Shown piece by piece: positions 1-6,636 of a stretch of DNA of 7,222 nt. The translations under genes and the position numbers were made by a program. The DNA comes from a virus. Lineage: Duplodnaviria > Heunggongvirae > Uroviricota > Caudoviricetes. Every line of letters starts with the position of its first letter. Position 1 is the stretch's first letter. Under the pieces are notes generated by a model. It saw only the letters and a program-made list of their open reading frames with translations. It did no database searches and was not told the origin of the DNA. The stretch spans positions 1 to 7,222 of the IMG/VR virus record IMGVR_UViG_2582580934_000004; one strand, 5' to 3'.

Positions 1-57
1 CAGCAAGAGCTGCTGCAACGCATTGACAAGGTTTTTGATTTTTTTCTGAACCAGTAA
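1..57 (+). CDS. 3' end of an upstream ORF (partial; ...QQELLQRIDKVFDFFLNQ*), function unknown
   Basis: Frame 1 is open from the window edge to TAA at 55-57. Only 18 codons are visible, too few to identify. Confidence 0.25.
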   Translation, partial: QQELLQRIDKVFDFFLNQ

Positions 58-179
58 GAAACCAGAACATGCACACACAAAAAAACCGCTTGCCATGCCG
101 CAATCAGTCAGGTTACATTTCCGCTGCACCTCACAAAACGGGTGCCGGGTTTCGCAGCCTGCTGACTACACAAGCGCAC

Positions 180-201
180 AACCGCGCCAGCGGTTTTTTT
201 G
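180..201 (+). terminator. Putative rho-independent terminator
   Basis: Hairpin aaccgc (180-185) / gcggtt (190-195) with 4-nt loop gcca, running directly into a run of seven T (194-200). Confidence 0.5.
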
Positions 202-255
202 TGCGTACTGTATTGCCACGTTTTTTTCGCGTCAGAATTATGGCGGGGCGTACGG

Positions 256-290
256 GGCCGACTTCGGTCGGGCCGGATTCTTTGCTCTCC
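256..290 (+). terminator. Hairpin with a UUCG-type tetraloop followed by a U-rich tract; possible second terminator or structured leader
   Basis: ccgac (258-262) / gtcgg (267-271) around loop ttcg (263-266), extendable with one bulge; followed by ggattctttgctct. Confidence 0.3.
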
Positions 291-396
291 GGTGTTCTTG
301 TGTAGCCGGTACTGCGAACCTCGTACGTCTCGCCACCCACAGTTTCGCAGCTCTGGATGGTGAGTTTTCACAACTTACTACACAAGGGGCCACACC

Positions 397-627
397 ATGG
401 CAAACCGCAAACCACAGCGCGCATACGCTGCGCGTCGTCACATCCAGACTGAAATCAACCGTAGACTTTTCCGCGCATCACGCGTCGCGCAAATCATGCA
501 CATCAATATGCTGCATGAGCGCAGCCACGCGCTATCGAACATCTATTCCGCCTCTGTTTTCAGCTATCTGGCGGATGATCTGCGCGAGCTGCAACAACTC
601 TTCCAGCAGCAAAACAAACTCCATTAA
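397..627 (+). CDS. Hypothetical small basic protein (76 aa)
   Basis: ATG at 397 preceded by aagggg at 383-388; clean ORF with no overlap from another credible gene. No family recognised from the translation. Confidence 0.5.
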   Translation: MANRKPQRAYAARRHIQTEINRRLFRASRVAQIMHINMLHERSHALSNIYSASVFSYLADDLRELQQLFQQQNKLH

Positions 628-699
628 TTCCTGTTCCGGGCCTTTCCTGCACCTTGCGGCGGGAGGCCTTCGCACATCTGTAGTAAAGAGAATTGCAGC

Positions 700-1089
700 A
701 TGATTGACGCTCATGACTTCACAAGATGGGTGCGCACACAGGACACCCGTCTGGCTCCCGTTCTTCAGGGATTATTTGATCTCTACATCCGTGGTCGTGA
801 CAACAGAGCACGCACCACAAAACCGGAGAATGCAGACACCCTTTATTTCACAGTAGACGACTGCTACCGCGTGGACTTCACACCACACGGGCTGGCGTTG
901 CACTGCCTGACACCACACGGCGAATCACTACTGGCGTATTACGACTCCCCGGCCTCCGTATTTGCGGCAATGCTGGCGCATCGCACTGCTGGCGGGTGTG
1001 CCTCGCTGAGTGAATACACCGCTGAATTTGACCGCCTTTCCGCCATAACCGCCTTTCCGCCCTCTTCTCGCAGGAGTGGCAGCGCGTGA
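700..1089 (+). CDS. Hypothetical protein (129 aa) immediately upstream of the replication gene
   Basis: ATG at 700 with aagag 8 nt upstream; stop at 1087-1089, 14 nt before the gpA ATG at 1103. The 3' end contains a 14-bp direct repeat (see 1031-1064). Confidence 0.45.
   Translation: MIDAHDFTRWVRTQDTRLAPVLQGLFDLYIRGRDNRARTTKPENADTLYFTVDDCYRVDFTPHGLALHCLTPHGESLLAYYDSPASVFAAMLAHRTAGGCASLSEYTAEFDRLSAITAFPPSSRRSGSA
1031..1064 (+). repeat. Direct repeat accgcctttccgcc x2 with a 17-bp period (14/17 identity between the two 17-bp units)
   Basis: Exact 14-mer at 1031-1044 and 1048-1061, separated by ata. Lies in the last codons of ORF 700-1089. Confidence 0.85.
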
Positions 1090-1471
1090 CGGGATACCAG
1101 CCATGAGTGCGTTTGCATGGAGCTGGAATGAACCACGACCAGCTATTGATCCGGCCAGATTTACGGAGCGCAGGCAGGAAACTGAAACCGACCTGCAACG
1201 CGCCATCCGTTACTACCTTGAGGCGGACAAAAGGGCACAGGAAGAACAGGAAGCGAAGGAAGAAGCCTTTTTCGCACAATCCGCCATGGGTAAAAAACTC
1301 ATGGCATCCCTTGAGGAAGCCGGACAGCGTGAAAAGCTGGCTCAGAGCATCATCAGTAAGCGCCGGGCAACAGAACAAGACCCGGTAGCCCGTGCCTTTG
1401 CCACACTGAAGGCGCTTCCCGTTTATCTGCGAGAACCTCTGAGCCGCCACCTCTCTTTCCTGCGCAAAAAA

Positions 1472-1523
1472 CAGGAAGCCGATCGCCGGAAAGGAAGCAG
1501 GAAGCCGATCGTCAGAAAGGCAA
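1472..1523 (+). repeat. Imperfect tandem duplication, 2 x 26 bp (22/26 identical)
   Basis: caggaagccgatcg is exact at 1472-1485 and 1498-1511. Deleting one 26-bp unit joins gpA frame 2 to frame 1, giving ...LRKKQEADRQKGKKSWQAERY... Confidence 0.85.
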
Positions 1524-2895
1524 AAAGAGCTGGCAGGCGGAACGCTATGCACGCGGAACCCTGCGCAAAATATTCGAACGTCTGGACCGCACCGACAGCC
1601 GCTGGCTGACACCGGGTTATCGCTCCCTTGCCGGACGCGAACGCCTGGATGATTTGCTTTACCTGCCGCAGCTCAACAAGCACCAGATACAGACGCTGGC
1701 CACCATGACGGCGGCGATGTTCAGCAGCACCTTCGAAAAACTCTGCGATGGCTTTGGCGCGACCGATGGTGAGCTGACCATGGAGGTGGCACTGAAGGCG
1801 TATCAGATGCTGGCCCGCATGGCGTTACACCTGCACGCCATGCCTCCACATTATGACGCACTGACAACAGACAAAGACCGCAAGAACGAACCGGACACGG
1901 AACTGCTGCCGGGCGCAATCCTCCGCCTGACCTGTGCGGAATGGTGGAAACGCAAACTGTGGCTGTTACGTTGCGAGTGGCGGGAAGAACAACTCCGCGC
2001 CGCCTGTCTGGTTTCCAGAAAAACATCGCCCTATCTGAGCCAGGACGCGTTAAGCGAGTTTCGCGCACAGCGCGAGAAAACACGCGATTTCCTGAAAAGT
2101 TTCATGCTGGAAAACGAAGACGGGTTCACGATTGATCTCGAGACGGTGTATTACGCGGGAGTAAGTAACCCGGTTCACCGTAAGGCAGAAATGATGGCCA
2201 CCATGAAGGGGCTGGAACTTCTGGCCGAAGCCCGTGGCGACAGAGCGGTGTTTCTGACTGTCACCTGCCCGTCAAAATACCACGCAACAACGGAGAACGG
2301 TCATCCGAATCCCAAATGGAACGGGGCCACTATGCGCGACTCCAGCGATTACCTGGTTAACACGTTTTTTGCGGCGGTCCGCAAAAAACTGAACCGCGAC
2401 GGCCTGCGCTGGTATGGCATCCGCACGGTGGAGCCTCACCATGACGGCACCGTGCACTGGCATATGATGGTCTTTGCTCATCCGGAAGAAATCGACAGCA
2501 TCGTGGCCATCACCCGCGATATTGCCATTCAGGAAGACCGCCACGAGCTGGGCAATGATATTACTCCGCGCTTTAAGGTGGAGTATGTCGACGGCTCAAA
2601 AGGCACACCAACCAGCTACATCGCCACCTACATCGGAAAGAACCTGGACAGCCGCGCCGTGGATGGCATCGACCCAAAAACGGGCAAGCCACGCGTTGAC
2701 CACGAAACCGGAAAATCAATGGCCGAGAGCGTGGAACGCGCCATCGGCTGGGCGCGCCTTCACCGGGTCCGCCAGTTCCAGTTCTTTGGCATTCCCTCCC
2801 GTCAGGTGTGGCGTGAACTCCGCCGCCTTGCCAGCCAGATGGCACGCAACCCGGAAGGCCCGCAACGGCTGAAGGATGACGCAATGGATGCGGTA

Positions 2896-2927
2896 CTCGC
2901 TGCCGCTGATTCTTGCTGCCGCTGATG
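2896..2927 (+). repeat. Imperfect tandem duplication, 2 x 16 bp (14/16 identical)
   Basis: gctgccgctgat is exact at 2899-2910 and 2915-2926. Deleting one unit joins frame 1 to frame 2, giving ...DAVLAAADAGCFATYIEKQ... Confidence 0.85.
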
Positions 2928-3239
2928 CCGGGTGTTTTGCCACCTACATTGAAAAACAGGGTGGCGTACTTGTTCCGCGCAAGGACTACCTGATTCGCAC
3001 AGCCTACGACCTCGCAGATGAGCTGAACGATTACGGCGAACAGAGTGTACAGATTTACGGGATCTGGTCGCCACTCATCGGGGAATCCTCCCGTGTGTGC
3101 ACGCACCCGGATAACTGGAAGCTGGTAAGACGTAAACCGGAAGCGGAAGACAGCACCCACGAAAATGGTTTTGACCTTCAGGGCGGCCCTGCCGCCCCTT
3201 GGACTCGTGGCAATAACTGTCCCCGTGTACAGGAAACGG

Positions 3240-3297
3240 ACAACAACGGGACAGAACAGCCGGAAGAAACAACAACGGGACAGAACAGCCGAAAGAA
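3240..3297 (+). repeat. Imperfect tandem duplication, 2 x 29 bp (28/29 identical)
   Basis: acaacaacgggacagaacagccg at 3240-3262 and 3269-3291. Deleting one unit joins gpA frame 2 to frame 1. Confidence 0.85.
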
Positions 3298-3940
3298 CGG
3301 CCAGCACCGTGGCCGCAGCTCCCTGACGGCGTTGAAGTGAACGAATGGATGCGCTCACTGAAACGGCACGAACGCCGGGCGCTGATGCGTTCGCTTCGTG
3401 ACAAACAGGCAAAAAACAGCAGTGATGAAATGCAGAGCTGGACACAGAGCCGCAAACAGCAGCGGCCTTTGCCTGATAACCACGAATTACTCGCTAAAGA
3501 ATGGCGGGAATCTGCCGAATCTCTCGGCCTGCATATCGGTGAACAGCAGATGCAGCACCTGTTACGGGGCGGCAGCCTGTACGTTGACGGCAGCATCATT
3601 GCACCGCAGGGATTTGAAATTGTACGCAAACCGGATACCCGCCCGGACAGCCGGATCACGCAGCTCTGGCAGCGCCTGAGCCGTAACCACGGCGTAAGCA
3701 GCACGGAGATCCGCCATAACCCGGTCGCCAGCTATCTGGAACAGCTGGGGGCATCAGACCCCGAAGCCGCCGCACGCCTGGCATCCACACTTCAGCAGGA
3801 CCAGAACACCATGAAAACACCCGTTACCGTGCTTTCTGACATGCTGCGCGCCATCCGCGACGCAGAGCACGCACAGAGAATCAGTGAAACCACTGAACGC
3901 GCCCGCCGCAAAGCAGACCTGCTGCGGGGTGGCCTGACCA

Positions 3941-4060
3941 GTGGAAACAAAAAACAGACAGAAACGGGATTCACAAATCCCGTAAATGAGCAAAAAACGC
4001 GCCGCGATATATGAAGCGCGCATAAAACAGGCAAAAACGGGATTTCAGAATCCCGTAAAC
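3941..4060 (+). promoter_or_regulatory. parC-like region: two related ~40-bp units, each with a 20-bp hairpin palindrome, directly upstream of the parM-like gene
   Basis: acgggatt-caca-aatcccgt at 3964-3983 and acgggatt-tcag-aatcccgt at 4037-4056 (perfect 8-bp arms, 73 bp apart), each preceded by an aaaacag..aaa motif. The first lies inside the last codons of the gpA frame. AAGGA RBS at 4078-4082. Confidence 0.4.
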
Positions 4061-4090
4061 GATTAATTAATCAACATAAGGAAAAGCGAC

Positions 4091-5073
4091 ATGAAAATTT
4101 GTATCGACGACGGCTCCACCAACATCAAGCTGGCATGGACTGAGAACGGCGAACGCCGCAACGCCATCAGCCCGAACAGCTTCAAGTCGGAATGGTCTGC
4201 GCCGTTCGGTGGTACGCAGCCCGCGAACTACATGCTTGATGGCGTGCGCTATGGTTTTGATCCGGTCAGCGATCGCTTTGTCCAGACGACCGACACGCAA
4301 TACCAGTACAGCGATGTGAATGTCATTGCCATTCATCACGCGCTGGTCAAATCAGGCATCACGCCACAGGAGGTGGATGTGGTTGTCACCCTGCCACTGA
4401 GCGAGTATTTCGACACAAACGCACAGCCGGACATGGCCAACATCAGCCGCAAAAAAGCGAACGTATCAACCGCAAAAAAGCGAACGTTATGCGCCCGGTG
4501 GAGTACCAGAACGGCGAAGCATTCACTATCCGTAACGTACGGGTTATGCCTGAATCCATTCCGGCTGGCTTTAAAGCACTGGCTGACATGAGTCCGTTTG
4601 AATCCCTGCTGATTGTGGATTTGGGCGGAACCACGCTGGATGTGGCAAAGGTTCAGGGGCAACTGGCAGGTATCAGCCAGGTGTTTTGCGATCCACACGT
4701 AGGCGTTTCTCTGATGGCCAATGCCGTACTGTCGGTGATGGCCACTAACGGTATGCGCACCAGTCACCACATCGCCAATACCATTATCGAACATCGCCAT
4801 GATGAAGCCTGGCTGCGCCAGCACATCCACAATGACGCGCATTACGACAGCCTGATGGCGGTTATTCGTGAAAAGGAAGAAACACTGAAACAACGAGTGA
4901 TCCGCGCGCTGGCGGGTTTTTCGGGTTACGGGCGGGTGATGGTTGTCGGTGGCGGGGCGGAGATTGTGGCACCCGCTATCCGCGAAGCCTGCGGAGTTAA
5001 TGCGACTTTCATCGCGGACGGGGTGCCACAGTTTGCTCTGGTTAATGGGCTGTACGCAATGGACAAGGAGTAA
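4091..5073 (+). pseudogene. parM: ParM/StbA-like actin-family segregation ATPase, split by one frameshift
   Basis: Translation matches plasmid R1 ParM at recalled conserved blocks: ICIDDGSTNIKLAW, ISPNSFK, YSDVNVIAIHHAL, RKKANV, VMPESIPAG, LIVDLGGTTLD, VMVVGGGAEI, FALVNGLYAMDKE. Frame 2 (4091 to about 4464) switches to frame 1 (about 4465-5073) at a 23-bp tandem duplication. Without the duplication the product is 319 aa, about the size of R1 ParM. Confidence 0.8.
4442..4487 (+). repeat. Imperfect tandem duplication, 2 x 23 bp (22/23 identical)
   Basis: atcagccgcaaaaaagcgaacgt / atcaaccgcaaaaaagcgaacgt. Deleting one unit gives ...ANISRKKANVMRPVEYQNGEAFTIRNVRVMPESIP..., colinear with ParM. Confidence 0.9.
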
Positions 5074-5077
5074 ACCA

Positions 5078-5389
5078 ATGACGACACCAACCAGACGGAT
5101 AAGTTTCTATCTGAAGCCCGTCGCCGTCAAGAACGAAGGCGAAGCATGCGCCTGGCTGGACAGCCTTACACCAGAAGCCCGCAAAAGCGGCCAACGTGTG
5201 GCTTTTCTGGCCGGGCTGGCACTTCTGAAAATGAATCCGGCAGAGGCTTACCGACTGGCTGCATGGGCTGACGATGAGGCGTTATCAGTGACACAAACCA
5301 GGACAGAACGCCCCGCGTCACAGCCAGTACCAACCACACAGATAACCAGTCGGATGGCCGGAAATATCAGGGCGTTATTTCCCGAATAA
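5078..5389 (+). CDS. parR: ParR-like centromere-binding adaptor (103 aa)
   Basis: ATG at 5078 preceded by AAGGAG at 5065-5070, starting 4 nt after the parM stop (TAA 5071-5073). RRISFYLKP....RVAFLAGLALL resembles the N-terminal DNA-binding region of R1 ParR (recalled). The ORF track extends this frame to ATG 4943 inside parM, which is unlikely to be the real start. Confidence 0.6.
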   Translation: MTTPTRRISFYLKPVAVKNEGEACAWLDSLTPEARKSGQRVAFLAGLALLKMNPAEAYRLAAWADDEALSVTQTRTERPASQPVPTTQITSRMAGNIRALFPE

Positions 5390-5394
5390 CACAA

Positions 5395-5418
5395 CATCAG
5401 GGCGCATCCGCCCTGATG
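5395..5418 (+). promoter_or_regulatory. Inverted repeat with 10-bp arms (catcagggcg / cgccctgatg) between parR and the next gene; operator or weak terminator
   Basis: Perfect 10-bp arms around a 4-nt loop. The core ATCAGGGCG also occurs as a direct copy at 5366-5374. Followed by actttaat, which is only weakly U-rich. Confidence 0.35.
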
Positions 5419-5452
5419 ACTTTAATCCGGGAACATAAACAAGGGGGACACA

Positions 5453-5785
5453 ATGCAACACATTGACAGAGAAAAAGCGCAGCGACTGATTGAGCGGATG
5501 GAAGCGCTGGCGAAAGAAGAAAATGTCAACATCCAAAAAATAGCTGAATGTGGCCAGATAGTTCTTCGTCGTGAAAAAGACCTCAAACAACTGATGTCTG
5601 GCGAAACCAGCAAAACATGGACTTCAGGCGAGGAGACGATTTATTGCAGCTTCTGCAATAAATCTCAGTACGAAGTCACAAAGGTGATTGCCGGACCGTC
5701 TGTTTGCATCTGCAATGAGTGCGTGGATTTGTGCAATGAAATTATCAGGAGAGAAGTGACAGACAAAAAGGGAAAAAACGCATGA
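5453..5785 (+). CDS. Small protein (110 aa) with a C-terminal ClpX-type C4 zinc-finger (ClpX N-domain-like) and an unrelated ~60-aa N-terminal region
   Basis: ATG at 5453 with aaggggga RBS at 5441-5448. Residues [39 protein letters not shown] closely resemble the E. coli ClpX zinc-binding domain (recalled as [40 protein letters not shown]), including all four Cys. No AAA+ domain follows. Confidence 0.75.
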   Translation: MQHIDREKAQRLIERMEALAKEENVNIQKIAECGQIVLRREKDLKQLMSGETSKTWTSGEETIYCSFCNKSQYEVTKVIAGPSVCICNECVDLCNEIIRREVTDKKGKNA

Positions 5786-6120
5786 ACAGAAAACAAAAAC
5801 AAGAGTTGAAATACTTTTTACGTAAAGAAATTGCCAGGCTTGAAGATGCAGAATCACAATCATCAGAAATTCCGTTCGGAATGGATATCAACGACGCCCG
5901 TATGCTCCAGGCATACCGCATAGCTCAGGCTGCACTACAGGCAAAACCGTCAGATGGACTGGTTAGAGCAGTACGATTCTATGAACTGGTAAAGCGTGAG
6001 AATCCGCCAGCCGAAACCGGAGCATGGAAAGACGCTGTTGACTGGGTACTCAAAGAGGCTTGTCAGGTTGTAAACACTGGCATCAAAGGAGACCTAGCCC
6101 AGCCTGCATCAAAGCTATAG
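5782..6120 (+). CDS. Hypothetical protein (112 aa), translationally coupled to the ClpX-zinc-finger gene
   Basis: ATG at 5782 overlaps the upstream TGA (5783-5785) as ATGA; aaggga about 8 nt upstream; stop TAG at 6118-6120 followed by a strong terminator. No family recognised. Confidence 0.6.
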   Translation: MNRKQKQELKYFLRKEIARLEDAESQSSEIPFGMDINDARMLQAYRIAQAALQAKPSDGLVRAVRFYELVKRENPPAETGAWKDAVDWVLKEACQVVNTGIKGDLAQPASKL

Positions 6121-6130
6121 AAATGAGCCA

Positions 6131-6160
6131 AAACGCCCTCTTCCAGGGCGTTTATTTCAA
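6131..6160 (+). terminator. Rho-independent terminator ending the + strand cargo operon
   Basis: Perfect 9-bp stem aaacgccct (6131-6139) / agggcgttt (6145-6153), 5-nt loop, then atttcaa; begins 11 nt after the stop at 6120. Confidence 0.7.
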
Positions 6161-6190
6161 TGCACAATAGTGCACAAATTTGCACAATTT
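6161..6190. repeat. Three helically phased TGCACAA repeats (10-bp period) followed by a T-run
   Basis: TGCACAA at 6161-6167, 6171-6177 and 6181-6187; a fourth copy at 6253-6259. Confidence 0.8.
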
Positions 6191-6230
6191 TTTTGAACGA
6201 CTTTTTGCCCTTCCGGCCCGCGTGGCAGTT

Positions 6231-6249
6231 GGATCCGTCAAGGATCCGT
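6231..6249. repeat. GGATCCGT direct repeat x2 (11-bp period)
   Basis: ggatccgt at 6231-6238 and 6242-6249; the same 8-mer recurs inside the portal gene at 7082-7089. Confidence 0.6.
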
Positions 6250-6310
6250 GCGTGCACAAAAAAACGCGCTTTTTCTGCGCGCAGGTGACGGGGGAACAGC
6301 CCGCGTTTCA

Positions 6311-6318
6311 GGGGGGGG
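6311..6318. repeat. Homopolymeric G8 tract adjacent to a small hairpin (gggaa-tagcg-ttccc)
   Basis: Eight consecutive G at 6311-6318 in non-coding DNA; gggaa (6316-6320) pairs with ttccc (6326-6330). Confidence 0.85.
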
Positions 6319-6362
6319 AATAGCGTTCCCTTAACGATGTCGCAGCGACACGACAGAATGGC

Positions 6363-6393
6363 CGTATTTCTCACGCTGAGCGTGAAAAATACG
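6363..6393. other. 31-bp near-perfect palindrome (14-bp arms, one mismatch, 3-bp centre)
   Basis: cgtatttctcacgc-tga-gcgtgaaaaatacg; the reverse complement of the left arm differs from the right arm at one position. Confidence 0.8.
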
Positions 6394-6561
6394 TGAGGGA
6401 TTCTGGTTTGATGGGGTGAAAGGTAAGGCCGTCAAAATCGCACTGAGGCGGCGAGAACATGCAGTCAGCGCAGTGGGATTGCGTAAGAGTCTGACCGTCG
6501 ATGATGGCAATAAGCAGGAAAGCGTCGTGAAATTATCTGACTGATACAGGAGCTGGAGAGT

Positions 6562-6586
6562 CGGGGCATAAATTTTTTATGCCCCG
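6562..6586. terminator. Inverted repeat cggggcataaa / tttatgccccg downstream of the portal gene; weak candidate terminator
   Basis: Perfect 11-bp arms with a 3-nt loop; GC-rich base and AT-rich top; no clear U-tract after it on either strand. Confidence 0.3.
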
Positions 6587-6636
6587 GCGAAGCAGCAGAC
6601 AAGCGAAGCGCGTCAGGATGTGGGCTGGGTGTCCAG

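Larger units (their letters stand above)
1103..4014 (+). pseudogene. gpA-family rolling-circle replication initiator/endonuclease (phage P2 gene A homologue), interrupted by three frameshifts
   Basis: Translation carries gpA-family hallmarks: N-terminal AFAWSWNEPR, LTVTCPSKYH, GIRTVEPHHDGTVHWHMMVF, ATYIGKN (recalled from P2 gpA, not searched). The reading frame runs frame 2 (1103 to about 1485), frame 1 (about 1498-2911), frame 2 (about 2912-3268), frame 1 (about 3269-4014). Each switch sits at an imperfect tandem duplication of 26, 16 or 29 bp. The start may be GTG 1076 rather than ATG 1103. If the 29-bp repeat is native, the gene instead ends at 3340 and 3349-4014 is a separate ORF. Confidence 0.75.

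Noticed and set aside
95-703. 202-aa ORF on the + strand
   Set aside because: Low-complexity, Cys/Ser/Arg-rich translation that overlaps the well-supported 397-627 ORF out of frame and spans two terminator-like hairpins; most likely a chance open frame.
878-937. Direct repeat acaccacacgg (880-890, 910-920) inside ORF 700-1089
   Set aside because: The period is 30 bp, so it is in frame and encodes a repeated TPHG peptide; only about 12 bp match. It does not disrupt a frame and is not grouped with the frameshifting duplications.
1238-1270. GAA-rich 9-bp periodic sequence in gpA
   Set aside because: In-frame codon repetition encoding an acidic EEQEAKEE stretch; ordinary low-complexity coding sequence.
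878-1612. 244-aa ORF on the - strand
   Set aside because: Antisense to the gpA N-terminal region and the 700-1089 ORF, with an Arg/Cys/Gly-rich composition and no homology or RBS support.
2573-3704. Long - strand ORFs (2573-3445, 3075-3704)
   Set aside because: Antisense to the gpA homology region, which is clearly coding on the + strand; composition typical of shadow ORFs.
4336-4893. 185-aa ORF on the - strand
   Set aside because: Antisense to the ParM-like coding sequence, which has strong family similarity on the + strand.
4943-5389. 148-aa version of the parR-like ORF starting at ATG 4943
   Set aside because: That start lies inside parM with no RBS. ATG 5078 has a consensus AAGGAG 7 nt upstream and sits just after the parM stop, so 5078-5389 is the preferred model.
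5375-5863. Minus-strand ORFs 5375-5590, 5422-5613 and 5624-5863
   Set aside because: Antisense to the ClpX-zinc-finger gene and its partner, with no independent support.
6063-6374. 103-aa ORF on the - strand in the intergenic region
   Set aside because: Runs through the terminator hairpin, the TGCACAA array and the G8 tract; no RBS; most likely non-coding DNA.
6400-6620. Attempt to locate the P2/186 19-nt cos sequence
   Set aside because: No convincing match to the recalled cohesive-end sequences was found by eye; a cos site is expected here by synteny but cannot be called from sequence alone.
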